Source: Mobula hypostoma
Taxonomy: Eukaryota
Direction: 5' to 3'
DNA length: 64,000 bases
Assembly (NCBI RefSeq): GCF_963921235.1
Contig: NC_086098.1
Span: forward strand, 1-64,000
This document shows, piece by piece, positions 47,372-59,775 of this stretch (position 1 is the first letter of the stretch; each line of letters begins with the position of its first letter). The notes under the pieces are model-generated. The model saw only the letters and a program-made list of their open reading frames with translations. It was not told the origin of the DNA and searched no databases. Both the position numbers and the translations under genes were made by a program.

Positions 47372-50300
47372 ATAGAACATAGAACAGTACAGCACATTAC
47401 AGGCCCTTCGGCCCACAATGTTGTGCCGACCCTCAAACCCTGCCTCCCATATAAGCCCCCACCTTAGATTCCTCCATATACCTGTCTAGTAGTCTCTTAA
47501 ACTTCACCAGTCTATCTGCCTCCACTACCGACTCAGGCAGTGCATTCCATGCACCAACCACGCTCTGAGTAAAAAAAAAACCTTCCTCTAATATCCCCCT
47601 TGAACTTCCCATCCCTTACCTTAAAGCCATGTCCTCTTGTATTGAGCAGTGGTGCCCTGGGGAAGAGTCGCAGGCTATCCACTCTATCTATTCCTCTTAT
47701 TATCTTGTACACCTCTATCATGTCTCCTCTCATCCTCCTCCTCTCCAAAGAGTAAAGCCCTAGCTCCCTTAATCTCTGATCAAAATGCATACTCTCTACA
47801 CCAGGCAGCATCTTGGTAAATCTCCTCTGTACCCTTTCCAATGCTTCCACATCCTTCCTATAGTGAGGTGACCAGAACTGGACACAGTACTCCAAGTGTG
47901 GCCTAACCAGAGTTTTATAGAGCTGCATCATTTCATTGCGACTCAAACTCTGTCTCTTGACTTATGAAAACTAACACCGCATAAGCTTTCTTAACTAACC
48001 TATCCACCTGTGAGGCAACTTTCAGGGATCTGTGGACATGTACTCCCAGATCCCTCTGCTCCTCCACACTACCAAGTATCCTGCCATTTACTTCGTACTC
48101 TGCTATAGAAACCATAGAAACTACAGCACAGAAACAGGCCTCTTAACCCTTCTTGGCTGTGCCGAACCATTTTCTGCCTAGTCCCACTGACCAGCACACG
48201 GACCATATCCCTCCATACACCTCCCATCCATGTATCTGTCCAATTTATTCTTAAATGTTAAAAAAGAACCCGCATTTACCACCTCGTCTGGCAGCTCATT
48301 CCATACTCCCACCACTCTGTGTGAAGAAGCCCCCCCCTAATGTTCCCTTTAAACTTTTCCCCCCTCACACTTAACCCATGTCCTCTGGTTTTTCTCTCCT
48401 TGCCTCAGTGGAAAAAGCCTGCTTGCATTCACTCTATCTAGACACATCATAATTTTATATACCTCTATCAAATCTCCCCTCATTCTTCTATGCTCCAGGG
48501 AATAAAGTCCTAATCTATTCAACCTTTCTCTGTAACTGAGTTTCTCATGTCCTGGCAACATCCTTGTAAACCTTCTCTGCACTCTTTCAACCTTATTTAT
48601 ATCCTTCCTGTAATTTGGTGACCAAAACTGAACACAATACTCCAGATTCAGCCTCACCAATGCCTTATACAACCTCATCATAACATTCCAGCTCTTATAC
48701 TCAATACTTCGATTAATAAAGGCCATGTACCAAAAGCTCTCTTTACAACCCTATCTACCTGTGACGCCACTTTTAGGGAATTTTGTATCTGTATTCCCTG
48801 ATCCCTCTGTTCTACTGCACTCCTCAGTGCCTTACCATTTACCCTGTATGTTCTACCTTGGTTTGTCCTTCAACGTGCAATACCTCACACTTGTCTGTAT
48901 TAAACTCCATCTGCCATTTTTCAGCCCATTTTTCCAGCTGGTCCAAGTCCCTCTGCAGGCTCTGAAAACCTTCCTCACTGTCTACTACACCTCTAATCTT
49001 TGTATCATCAGCAAATTTGCTGATCCAATTTACCACATTATCATCCAGATCATTGATATAGATGACAAATAACAATGGACCCAGCACTGATCCCTGTGGC
49101 ACACCACTAGTCACAGGCCTCTACTCAGAAGCAATTCTCTACTACCACTCTTGAGCCAATGTCTAATCCAATTTACCACCTCTCCATGTATACCTAGCGA
49201 CTGAATTTTCCTAACTAACCTCCTATGCGGGACCTTGTCAAAGGCCTTACTGAAGTCCATGTAGACAATATCCACTGCCTTCCCTTCATCCACTTTCCTG
49301 GTAACCTCCTCAAAAAACTCCAATAGATTGGTCAAATATGACCTACCCTGCACAAAGCCATGTTGACTCTCCCTAATAAGTCCCTGTCTATCCAAATGCT
49401 TGTAGATTCTGTCTCTTAGTACTCCCTCCAATAATTTACCTACTACCGACGTTAAACTTACTGGTTTATAATTTCCTGGTTTACTTTTCGATCCTTTTTT
49501 AAAAAACGGAACAACATGAGCCACTCTCCAATCCTCCAGCACCTCACCCGTAGACAGCGACATTTTAAATATTTCTGCCAGGGCCCCCGCAATTTCAACA
49601 CTAGTCTCCTCCAGGGTCCGAGAGAACACCCTGTCAGGTCCCGGGAATTTATCCACTTTAATTTTCCTCAAGATAGCAAGCACCTCCTCCTTTTCAATCT
49701 GTGCAGTTTCCATGATCTCACTACTTGATTCCCTTAATTCCATAGACTTCATGGCAGTTTCCTTAGTAAATACAGATGCAAAAAACCCATTTAAGATCTC
49801 CCCCATTTCCTTTGGCTCCGCACATAGCCGACCACTCTGATCTTCAAGAGGACCAATTTTATCCCTTACAATCCTTTTGCTCTTAATATACCTGTTAAAG
49901 CTCTTTGGATTATCCTTCACTTTGACTGCCAAGGCAACCTCATGTCTTCTTTTAGCCCTCCTGATTTCTTTCTTTCTGCCTTGGAGTTTGTCCTTCCAAA
50001 GTCTACCACCTCACACTTCTCCGGGTTGAAATCCATCTGCCACTTCTCAGCCCACTTGTGCATCCTATCAATGTCTCTCTGCAATCTTCGACAATCCTCT
50101 ACACTATCTACAACACCACCAACCTTTGTGTCATCTGCAAACTTGCCAACCCACCCTTCTACTCCAACATCCAGGTCGTTAATAAAAATCACAAAAGGTA
50201 GAGGTCCCAGAAAAGCTCCTTGTGGGACACCACTAGTCACAGTCCCCCAATCTGAATGTACTCCCTCCACCACGACCCTCTGCCTTCTGCAGGCAAGCCA

Positions 50301-51510
50301 ATTCTGAATCCACCTGGCCAAACTGCCCTGTATCCCATGCCTTCTGACTTTCTGAATAAGCCTACCGTGTAGAACCTTGTCAAATGCCTTACTAAAATCC
50401 ATATAGATCACATCCACTGCACTAGCCTCATCTATATGCCTTGTCACCTCCTCAAAGAACTCTATCAGGATTGTTGGACATGATCTGCCCTTCACAAAGC
50501 CATGCCGACTGTCCCTGATCAGACCATGATTCTCTAAATGTTCATAGATCCTATCCCTAAGAATCTTTTCCAATGGCTTTCCCACCACAGACGCAAGGCT
50601 CACTGGTCTATAATTACCCAGACTATTCCTACTACCTTTTTTTGAACAAGGGGACAACATTCGCCTCCCTCCAATCCTCCGGTACCATTCCTGTGGACAA
50701 CGAGGACATAAAGATCCTAGCCAGAGGCTCAGCAATCTCCTCCCTTGCCTCGTGGAGCAGCCTGGGGAATATTCCGTCAGGCCTTGGGGATTTATCCGTC
50801 CTATTGTATTTTAACAACTCCAACACCTCCTCTCCCTTAACATCAACATGCTCCAGAACATCAACCTCACTCATTTTGTCCTCACCATCATCAAGTTCCC
50901 TCTCATTGGTGAATACTGAAGAGAAGTATTCATTGAGGACCTCGCTCACTTCCACAGCCTCCAGGCACATCTTCCCACCTTTATCTCTAATCGGTCCTAC
51001 CTTCACTTCTGTCATCCTTTTTCTCTTCACATAATTGAAGAATGCCTTGGGGTTTTCCTTTACCCTACTCGCCAAGGCCTTCTCATGCCCCCTTCTTGCT
51101 CTTCTCAGCCCCTTCTGAAGCTCCTTTCTTGCTTCCCTATATTCCTCAATAGACCCATCTGATCCTTGCTTCCTAAACCTCATGTATGCTGCCTTCTTCC
51201 AACTGACTAGATTTTGCACCTCACTTGTCACCCATGGTTCCTTCACCCTACTATTCTATCTTCCTCACCGGGACAAATTTATCCCTAACATCCTGCAAGA
51301 GATCTCTAAACATTGACTACATGTCCATAGTACATTTCCCCGCAAAAACATCATCCCAATTCACACCTGCAAGCTCTTGCCTTCAGCCTCATAATTTGCC
51401 CTTCCCCAATTAAAAATTTTCCTGTCCTCTCTGATTCTATCCATGATAATGCTAAAGGCCAGGGAGCGGTGGTCACTGTACCCCAGATGCTCACCCACTG
51501 AGAGATCTGT
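47372..51510 (-). mobile_element. CR1 LINE, 5'-truncated, split by a second CR1
   Basis: ORF pieces 50632-51246, 49917-50735, 47933-48115 and 47533-47946. Tail ATAGAACATAGAAC at 47372. Confidence 0.92.
48104..49974 (-). mobile_element. CR1 LINE nested in CR1
   Basis: TSD TCTGC (48099-48103, 49975-49979). Tail ATAGAAACCATAGAAAC. Closely similar to the copy at 59776. Confidence 0.92.
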
Positions 51511-51519
51511 GACGTGACC

Positions 51520-52076
51520 TGATTTTAGGACTGAGATGCGGAGAAATTACTTTAGTTAGAGGGTGGTAAATCTGTGGAATTTGTTGCCACAAGTAGCTGT
51601 GGAGGTCAAGTCACTGGGCGTATTTAAAGCAGAGATAGATAGGTTCTTGATTAGCCAGGGCATAAAGGGGTATGGAGTGAAAGCAGAGGAATGGGGATGA
51701 CTGGAAGAATTGGATCAGCCCATGATTGAGTGGCAGAGCAGACTCATTAGGCTGAATGGCCTAACTCTGCTCCCATATCTTATGGTCTAACTGTCGTATC
51801 ATCAGCAAACTTACTAACCCTCCCTTTACCCACCTCATCCAGGTTATTTATAAACATCACAAAGTGGAGGGACCCCAGAACAGATCAATGCACAACACCA
51901 CTTGTCACCATACTCCATGTAGAATACAAACCATCTACAACCACACTTTGCCTTCTGTGTGCAAGCCAGTTTTGGATCCACAAAGCAAGGTCTTTTTGGA
52001 TCCCATGCCTCCTAACTTTCTCAACAAGGCTTACATGGAGTACCTTATCAAATGCCTTGCTGAAATCCATATACAC
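51520..52076. mobile_element. Two CR1 fragments (3' end + strand ~51520-51790; RT fragment - strand ~51790-52076)
   Basis: TCTTATGGTC tail on +. YMDFSKAFDKV..WIQNWL on -. Confidence 0.8.
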
Positions 52077-52191
52077 GGGAGTCTTCCGTCAGCACTCCAT
52101 GGAGTAAGACGCGTTGGTGCTGCTCCTAACTTTTATTACCTACTCCACACTGCTAGATCCAGTTAAAGTTTGAAGATTTATTGCTTTTATT

Positions 52192-54260
52192 ATAGAAACA
52201 TAGAAAATAGGTGCAGGAGTAGGCCATTCGGCCCTTCGAGCCCTGTACCGCTATTTATTATGATCATGGCTGATCATCCAACTCAGAACCCAGCCTTCCC
52301 TCCATACCCCCTGACCCCTGTAGCCACAAGGGCCATATCTAACTTCCTTTTAAACATAGCTAATGAACTGGCCTCAACAGTTTGCTGTGGCAGAGAATTC
52401 CACAGATTCACCACTCTCTGTGTGAAGAAGTTTTTCCTAATCTCGGTCCTAAAAGGCTTCCCCTCTATCCTCAAACTGTGACCCCTCGTTCTGGACCTCC
52501 CCAACATCGGGAACAATCTTCCCGCATCTAGCCTGTCCAATCCCTTTAGGATCTTATACGTTTCAATCAGATCCCCCCTCAATCTTCTAAATTCCAACGA
52601 GTACAAGCCCAGTTCATCCAGTCTTTCTTCATATGAAAGACCTGCCATCCCAGGAATCAATCTGGTGAACCTTCTTTGTACTCCCTCTATGGCAAAGATG
52701 TCTTTCCTCAGATTAGGGGACCAAAACTGCACACAATACTCCAGGTGTGGTCTCACCAAGGCCTTGTACAACTGCAGTAGTACCTCCCTGCTCCTGTACT
52801 CGAATCCTCTCGCTATAAATGCCAGCATACCGTTCGCCTTTTTCACCGCCTGCTGTACCTGCATGCCCACTTTCAATGACTGGTGTATAATGACACCCAG
52901 GTCTCGTTGCACCTCCCCTTTTCCTAATCGGCCACCATTCAGATAATAATCTGTTTTCCTATTTTTGCCACCAAAGTGGATAACTTCACATTTATCCACA
53001 TTAAATTGCATCTGCCATGAGTTTGCCCACTCACCCAACCTATCCAAGTCACCCTGCATCCTCTTAGCATCCTCCTCACTGCTAACACTGCCACCCAGCT
53101 TCGTGTCATCCGCAAACTTGGAGATGCTGCATTTAATTCCCTCATCCAAGTCATTAATATATATTGTAAACAACTGGGGTCCCAGCACTGAGCCTTGCGG
53201 TACCCCACTAGTCACCGCCTGCCATTCTGAAAAGGTCCCGTTTATTCCCACTCTTTGCTTCCTGTCTGCTAACCAATTCTCCACCCACACCAATACCTTA
53301 CCCCCAATACCGTGTGCTTTAAGTTTGCACACTAATCTCCTGTGTGGGACCTTGTCAAAAGCCTTTTGAAAATCCAAATATACCACGTCCACTGGTTCTC
53401 CCCTATCCACTCTACTAGTTACATCCTCAAAAAATTCTATGAGATTCGTCAGACATGATTTTCCTTTCACAAATCCATGCTGACTTTGTCCGATCATTTC
53501 ACCGCTTTCCAAATGTGCTGTTATCACATCCTTGATAACTGACTCCAGCAGTTTCCCCACCACCGACGTTAGGCTAACGGGCCTATAATTCCCCGGTTTC
53601 TCTCTCCCTCCTTTTTTAAAAAGTGGGGTTACATTAGCCACCCTCCAATCCTCAGGAACTAGTCCAGAATCTAACGAGTTTTGAAAAATTATCACTAATG
53701 CATCCACTATTTCTTGGGCTACTTCCTTAAGCACTCTGGGATGCAGACCATCTGGCCCTGGGGATTTATCTGCCTTCAATCCCTTCAATTTACCTAACAC
53801 CACTTCCCCACTAACATGTATTTCACTCAGTTCCTCCATCTCACTGGACCCTCTGTCCCTTACTATTTCTGGAAGATTATTTATGTCCTCCCTAGTGAAG
53901 ACAGAACCAAAATAATTATTCAATTGGTCTGCCATGTCCTTGCTCCCCATAATCAATTCACCTGTTTCTGTCTGCAGGGGACCTACATTTGTCTTTATCA
54001 GTCTTTTCCTTTTTACATATCTATAAAAGCTTTTACAGTCCATTTTTATGTTCTCTGCCAGTTTTCTCTCATAATCTTTTTTCCCCTTCCTAATTAAGCC
54101 CTTTGTCCTCCTCTGCTGAACTCTGAATTTCTCCCAGTCCTCAGGTGAACCACTTTCTCTGGCTAATTTGTATGCTACTTCTTTGGAATTGATACTATCC
54201 CTAATTTCTCTTGTCAGCCACGGGTGCACTACCTTCCTTGATTTATTCTTTTGCCAAGAT
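52192..54260 (-). mobile_element. CR1 LINE, young, 5'-truncated, inserted in L1 5' UTR
   Basis: TSD TTTTATT (52185-52191, 54261-54267) and (TTTCTATG) tail. Same family as 14945-17234. Confidence 0.95.
52283..54229 (-). CDS. CR1 ORF2 partial: uninterrupted RT domain and C-terminus (no endonuclease, no true start)
   Basis: 648 codons without stops, containing [35 protein letters not shown] and FADD. Confidence 0.85.
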   Translation of the reverse strand: MHPWLTREIRDSINSKEVAYKLARESGSPEDWEKFRVQQRRTKGLIRKGKKDYERKLAENIKMDCKSFYRYVKRKRLIKTNVGPLQTETGELIMGSKDMADQLNNYFGSVFTREDINNLPEIVRDRGSSEMEELSEIHVSGEVVLGKLKGLKADKSPGPDGLHPRVLKEVAQEIVDALVIIFQNSLDSGLVPEDWRVANVTPLFKKGGREKPGNYRPVSLTSVVGKLLESVIKDVITAHLESGEMIGQSQHGFVKGKSCLTNLIEFFEDVTSRVDRGEPVDVVYLDFQKAFDKVPHRRLVCKLKAHGIGGKVLVWVENWLADRKQRVGINGTFSEWQAVTSGVPQGSVLGPQLFTIYINDLDEGIKCSISKFADDTKLGGSVSSEEDAKRMQGDLDRLGEWANSWQMQFNVDKCEVIHFGGKNRKTDYYLNGGRLGKGEVQRDLGVIIHQSLKVGMQVQQAVKKANGMLAFIARGFEYRSREVLLQLYKALVRPHLEYCVQFWSPNLRKDIFAIEGVQRRFTRLIPGMAGLSYEERLDELGLYSLEFRRLRGDLIETYKILKGLDRLDAGRLFPMLGRSRTRGHSLRIEGKPFRTEIRKNFFTQRVVNLWNSLPQQTVEASSLAMFKRKLDMALVATGVRGYGGKAGF

Positions 54261-57199
54261 TTTATTGAAAGATTTATGATTTAATTATTATGGCAGGGAT
54301 CAGAAAAAAAGCTGGAAAAACCGTTGCTGAAACTGACCCAACAGAACAATCAGTGGAAGTCCTTACTTCAGAAAGAATGCTCTCTTTAATGGAAGATATG
54401 AATACTGAGATTGATAGTCTGGTGAAGGCTAATGAAAAAGTTTGAAAAAATTATTTCTGTCGTCCAGGAATCTTGCGGCAATCTGGAAATCCAATTTGGG
54501 ACGCTCAAGAAGACTAATAACAAAATTAAAAGAGAACAGGAGGCAATGAATCAAGTTATTAAAGAACAATAATTAAAGATATTGGCTATGGAAAATTGAT
54601 GAGGTTACTTCGGAAATAGAGAATCAAGAAGAAAACGGTTGATCTGGAAAGTAGAAGCTGCAGGATGAATTTACGCATACCGGGTCTGCCTGAAAATACG
54701 AAATCCGGCGAGCCATTAAAATATTTTACAGATATGTTATATTCACTTTTTAGTGAGATACTTGAAGCCCCTTCGATGATAGATAGAGCTCATCGCTCTC
54801 TCCGCCCAAAGCCTTCACCTGAGATGAAACCGCGTCATGTGATACTATGCCTGCACTATTTTACAACTAAAGAAGTGATTCTCCGAGATGCAAGGAAGCG
54901 AGGGAGGCTAATCTTTAATGTGGTAGCCATTTGTATAATTGGAGATTTTTCTCCAGAGGTTTATGCTGACAGAGTTAAATATTGGGAAGTGATGGTTGAA
55001 CTTTATAAGAGTAATTGTCGTCCTTCTTTGCGCTTCCCAGTTCATCTGAGAATCTCTCCACCTAGTGATCGCCCCAAATGGATTGACTCCCCAGAAGAGA
55101 GTTGGAGATTCATAAAGGAGTTCAAATCCATATGATTAACCTATTTTAAGTGAATTTAAGATGGCTCATGTTAGTTAGGTTCCAACATAATATCAAAATA
55201 TTTGAAATTGTCTACGTATTCATTTTTTTGTTTTGTCTTTAGTTAGTGGTGTTAATACATAACTGTCTGAAAAGAGCCTGCCAATTGGAGACAGGGGATA
55301 AGGGATAGTAGTTTAGCATGCTGTCCTCCTATTGGATGGTTTTCAGGCTTTGGGGGGGGGTGGGAGGGGGGGGGGTTATTAGATTAGGTGTGTTTCAACT
55401 GGGCAATCCTGAGAAGTTTTTTGGTCAATCATGTTGCTTTTTTAAAAATTATCTTTGATCGAGTTCATGCTTTGTTTTTCCTGGTAGATTTGATTTGTGC
55501 TGCAATAACTTACTTTACAAAATCTTATATTAAAGTTTAAATATGGATGTTAATAAAATTAATATAATATCTTGGAATTCAAATGATATGAACCAACCTA
55601 TTAAGTGGAAAAAAGATCTTTAAGAAATTAAAAACACTTCAGGCTGATATTTTTGTACAGGAGACCCATATTCATAGGGAAGATGAAAAATGTTTGTTTA
55701 AATTTTGGAGAGGTTAACAATTTCATTCTTTATCAGTAACTAAAATTAGAGGGGTATCTATTTTTATCAAATCTAAAATCCTTTTCATACATTTTAATAC
55801 TGTTACTGATTCAATTGGAAGATATTTAATTGTTACTGGTGTGTTATATGGTCAAAAGGTGGCTCTCGTGTGTTTATGCACCTAATATAGATAATCCTGA
55901 ATTTTTTTAAGAAACTGTTTTGTGTGGTGCCAAATTTAAACGAATACAAGTTGATTATGGGTGGTGACTTCAATTGATGTTTAAATTCTTCGATTGATAG
56001 GTCATCAACCAATACATTGCTTCCCAATAAGGCTGCAACTTGTATTAACTCTTTTTTACTGGAATATGGTATGGTTGATATCTGGAGATTGAACATCCTG
56101 AAGATGGGGATTTTTCTTTCTTTTCGCATGTGTATCATAAATACTCAATTGATTATTTTTTGTTAGACACTCAATTGGTGCTATTTGTTGCCAATTGCAC
56201 ATATGATGTCATCACATTGTCAGACCATGCACCTATGAAAGTAACATTTAGATTTCCTGATAACATTTTGAAATCTTCTCAGTGGAGATTTACTATTACA
56301 TTTTTACAGGACTTAGCTTTTGTAAGTTTTATTAAAGAACACATTTATTTATTTTTTGAATTAAATCCAATTGAGGGAATGTCAAATTTGGTTATTTGGG
56401 GTACGATGAAATTTTTTCCTCAGGGGACAGATAATTTCATATTCAGTAGGTTTAAGAGGGAAAAGCAAAGTGGAACTCTTAGTGATTGCTAACAGGATTA
56501 AAGAAATAGATAAAGTTTATTCAGTAACACCTAATGAAGATCTTTATAAGGAAATGGTGGAACTTCAAACACAGCATGATTTGCTTTTGACCTATCCTGT
56601 TGAGCAGCAACCTCAAATCTAAACGTCAATTTTACATGCATGGGGATAGGTCAGGCAAATTGTTGGACGGTCAGTTAAAAGCAGATATGGCTAGAAGACA
56701 GATTTTGAAAATATGAAGAGCTGATAGAGCTGAAATGTCAGATGGTCAGGAAATTAATAAGGTATTTCTAGATTTCTACTCTAACCTTTACAAATCTGAC
56801 TTTTCAGACAATACTACTTCTATAAATAGACTTTTGCAAAAGCTGAATATACCTAAAATTTCTACTCAAGATATGAATATATTAGATGTGCCTATTAAAC
56901 AAGTGGAAATAACAAGGGCTATATCCTCTCTTCATCAGGTAAGGCTCTGGGACCAGATGGATATACAGTAGAATTTTTAAAAAAGACTTTTACTGAGATA
57001 CTTACACCTCACTTAGGTCAAGTTTTCACTCAAGTTTTCACTGATTCTATATCCTCTGGGACTCTCCTGAAAACTTTTTATGAGGCATTAATTTCACTAA
57101 TTCCTAAAAAAGAAAAAGATTTATCTGAATGTGCCTCTTAGACCAATTTCTTTTTTTTTTCCTCTTTTCAAATCTTTTTGTTATATTATACAAAAGAAA

Positions 57200-57335
57200 T
57201 AAGACCATAAGACAAAGGAGCAGCAATCGGCCATTCGGCCCATCGAGTCTGCTCCACCATTTTATCATGAGCTGATCCATTCTCCCATTTAGTCCCACTC
57301 CCCCGCCTTCTCACTATAACTTTGCTACTCAGATA
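57200..57335 (-). mobile_element. CR1 3' tail fragment nested in L1 3' UTR
   Basis: TAAGACCATAAGACAAAGGAGCAG tail, matching 24781. Confidence 0.85.
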
Positions 57336-58863
57336 ACATGACTACATCAAACAACAAGCACATCAAAGTAACAACACTTACAATGTCTCAAAGAAACATT
57401 ATCTTAAAGACTTAAAAAAAAAGTGATAATTAAAAAACCCCACTCTGCAGAAAAAGTGGGAAAAAACCCATTAGGTGTACAACCCCAGAGCCATACATCA
57501 TACAAAAAGCTTCTAAAAATAAATCACACTGCCAGCAAGAAAGAAAAATATACGAAAAAATTTACAATTAGATCGTGGAGAAAATCTATCAATTAGCTCA
57601 AATGATAATAACGAGCAAATGAGCCCCATCTTTTCTCAAAATCAAATAAAGGTTTAAAGGTTCGACTTCTAATTTTCTCCAAACTAAGATGTGGCATCAC
57701 TTGAGAGAACGGTTGTGACAAAGTGGGAGCTGATGTATCCTTCCACTTCAATAAAACGGCCCTCTTAGCTATCAATGTAACAAATGCAATAACATGTTGG
57801 TCAGACACAGAAATACCATGAATATTGGGGAATTATTCCAAAAAGCACAGTTAATTTATTAGGTTGTAGATTTTAAGTGCTTTAGAAATTGTTGAAAAAA
57901 TGGACTTCCAGAACTGTTCCAATATAGAAAAAGACCAAAACATATGTGTCAGTGTAGCTATCTCAGTTTTACATCTATCACAATAACTATCAACATTCGA
58001 AAATTTTAGAAAGTTTCTCCTTCATCAAATGGTAACGATGTACAATTTAAAATTGAATCAGTGAATGACTAGCACAAATCGAAGAGTTAACCAACTTCAA
58101 AATCGGCATCCACTCCTCCATCATAAAAGTCAAATTGAGTTCTTTTTCCCAATCCTGTTTAATCTTAGATAAAGGATGCTTATCCCATTGTAATAATAAA
58201 TTATAAATTCTTCCAATAGAACCCTTCATCGACGGGTTCATACTCAATAGTATCTAACAGGTCAGTCTCCAATATATTACTTAAATATTTTTGTAAGAAA
58301 TGTCTAACTTGAAGGTATTGCAAAAAGTGTGAGTATGAAAGAGAATATTTATCAATTAATTGTTCAAAAGACATCGATCTATCTTCTTCAAATAAATCTA
58401 AAAAAGAATTAATAACTTTATTTTTCCAAAGTAAAAAATTGGATCACTCAAAGGCTTAAAAAAGTAATTTCGATAAATTAAACTGCAAAGTTTAAATTTT
58501 TTTAAGATTAAAAAAATTACAGAACTGGAGGCAAATTTGTAAAGAATGCTTAATCACAGGGTATAGGTTTAAATTAGCAACTTCAGCTAATTGTATAGGT
58601 AAAGCAACTCCCAATAACGAGGTTAAATAAAACTGTTTTACAGCTTTCAGTTCCAGGTCTATCCAAATTGGCCAATCATTCTCATCAACCCAATATAACC
58701 AAAAGCACATGTATTGCACATTAACAGCCCAATAATACATTCTTGGATTAGGCAAAGCAAGACCTCCATCCTTTTTCAACTTTTGTAAGTGACATTTGCT
58801 AATTCTTGGTCTTCTATTATTCCAAATAAAAGATAAAATAATAGATTGATCTGATCGAAAAAA

Positions 58864-59182
58864 GAGGAATAGATAGAGTGGATAGCCAGCACCTCTTCCC
58901 CAGGGCACCACTGCTCAATACAAGAGGACATGGCTTTAAGGTAAGGGGTAGGAACTTCAAGGGGGATATTAGAGGAGGGTTTTTTACTCAGAGAGTGGCT
59001 GGTGCGTGGAATGCACTGCCCGAGTCTGTGGTGGAGGCAGATACACTAGTGAAATTTAAGAGACTACTAGACAGGTATATGGAGGAATTTAAGGTGTGGG
59101 GTTATATGGGAGGCAGGGTCTGAGGGTCGGCACAACATTGTGGGCCGAAGGGCCTGTACTGTGCTGTACTATTCTATGTTCT
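58864..59182 (+). mobile_element. CR1 3' fragment nested in L1
   Basis: NTRGHGFKVRG..WNALPESVVEA peptide and ATTCTATGTTCT tail, with A-runs on both flanks. Confidence 0.88.
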
Positions 59183-59775
59183 AAAAAAACTTCCTAGTAA
59201 AAAAACAGGGATATTCATTAATAAATATAAAAATTTTGGCAAGATCATTTAACTATATGAATATGACTAACAAGTGAAAATGTAAGTGGACTCCATCTAC
59301 TAAATAAATACTTCATAGAGTCTACCAAGGGAACAAAATTAGCTTTGTAAAGATCCTTATATTTTTTAGTAATTATAACACCTAAATATCTAAAAGAATC
59401 CATAACTTTAAAAGGAGTATTATCATATATAGAGACAATCATTTAAAGGAAACATTTCACTTTTACTGAAATTTATTTTATATCCTGAAAAATCTCCAGA
59501 TTCATTGAATAATTTTAGCAAGGCAGGAATAGATTCGTCAGGATTAGATATATAAACCAATTAAATCGTCAGCATAAAGAGATCTTATGCATGGTCTCAT
59601 TCACAAAAATCCCATGGATATTTTTAGCTTCATGAAGAGCAATAGCAAGGGGTTCTAATATTAAATTAAGTAACAAAGGACTTAACGGACAACCTTGCCT
59701 TGTCTCCCGTGAAAGCTGAAAAAAAGGAGACCTACAGTTATTAGTGACAACAGTAGCAATAGGAGCTTTATATAT

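Larger units (their letters stand above)
52077..57150 (+). mobile_element. L1-clade LINE: 5' UTR, ORF1, ORF2 EN to start of RT; decayed
   Basis: ORF1 ~54290-55135 (NLRIPGLPE, DRAHR, PRHVIL). ORF2 from ~55543 (IISWN, QETH, GGDFN, SDHAP) breaks off at RPIS (~57150). Confidence 0.88.
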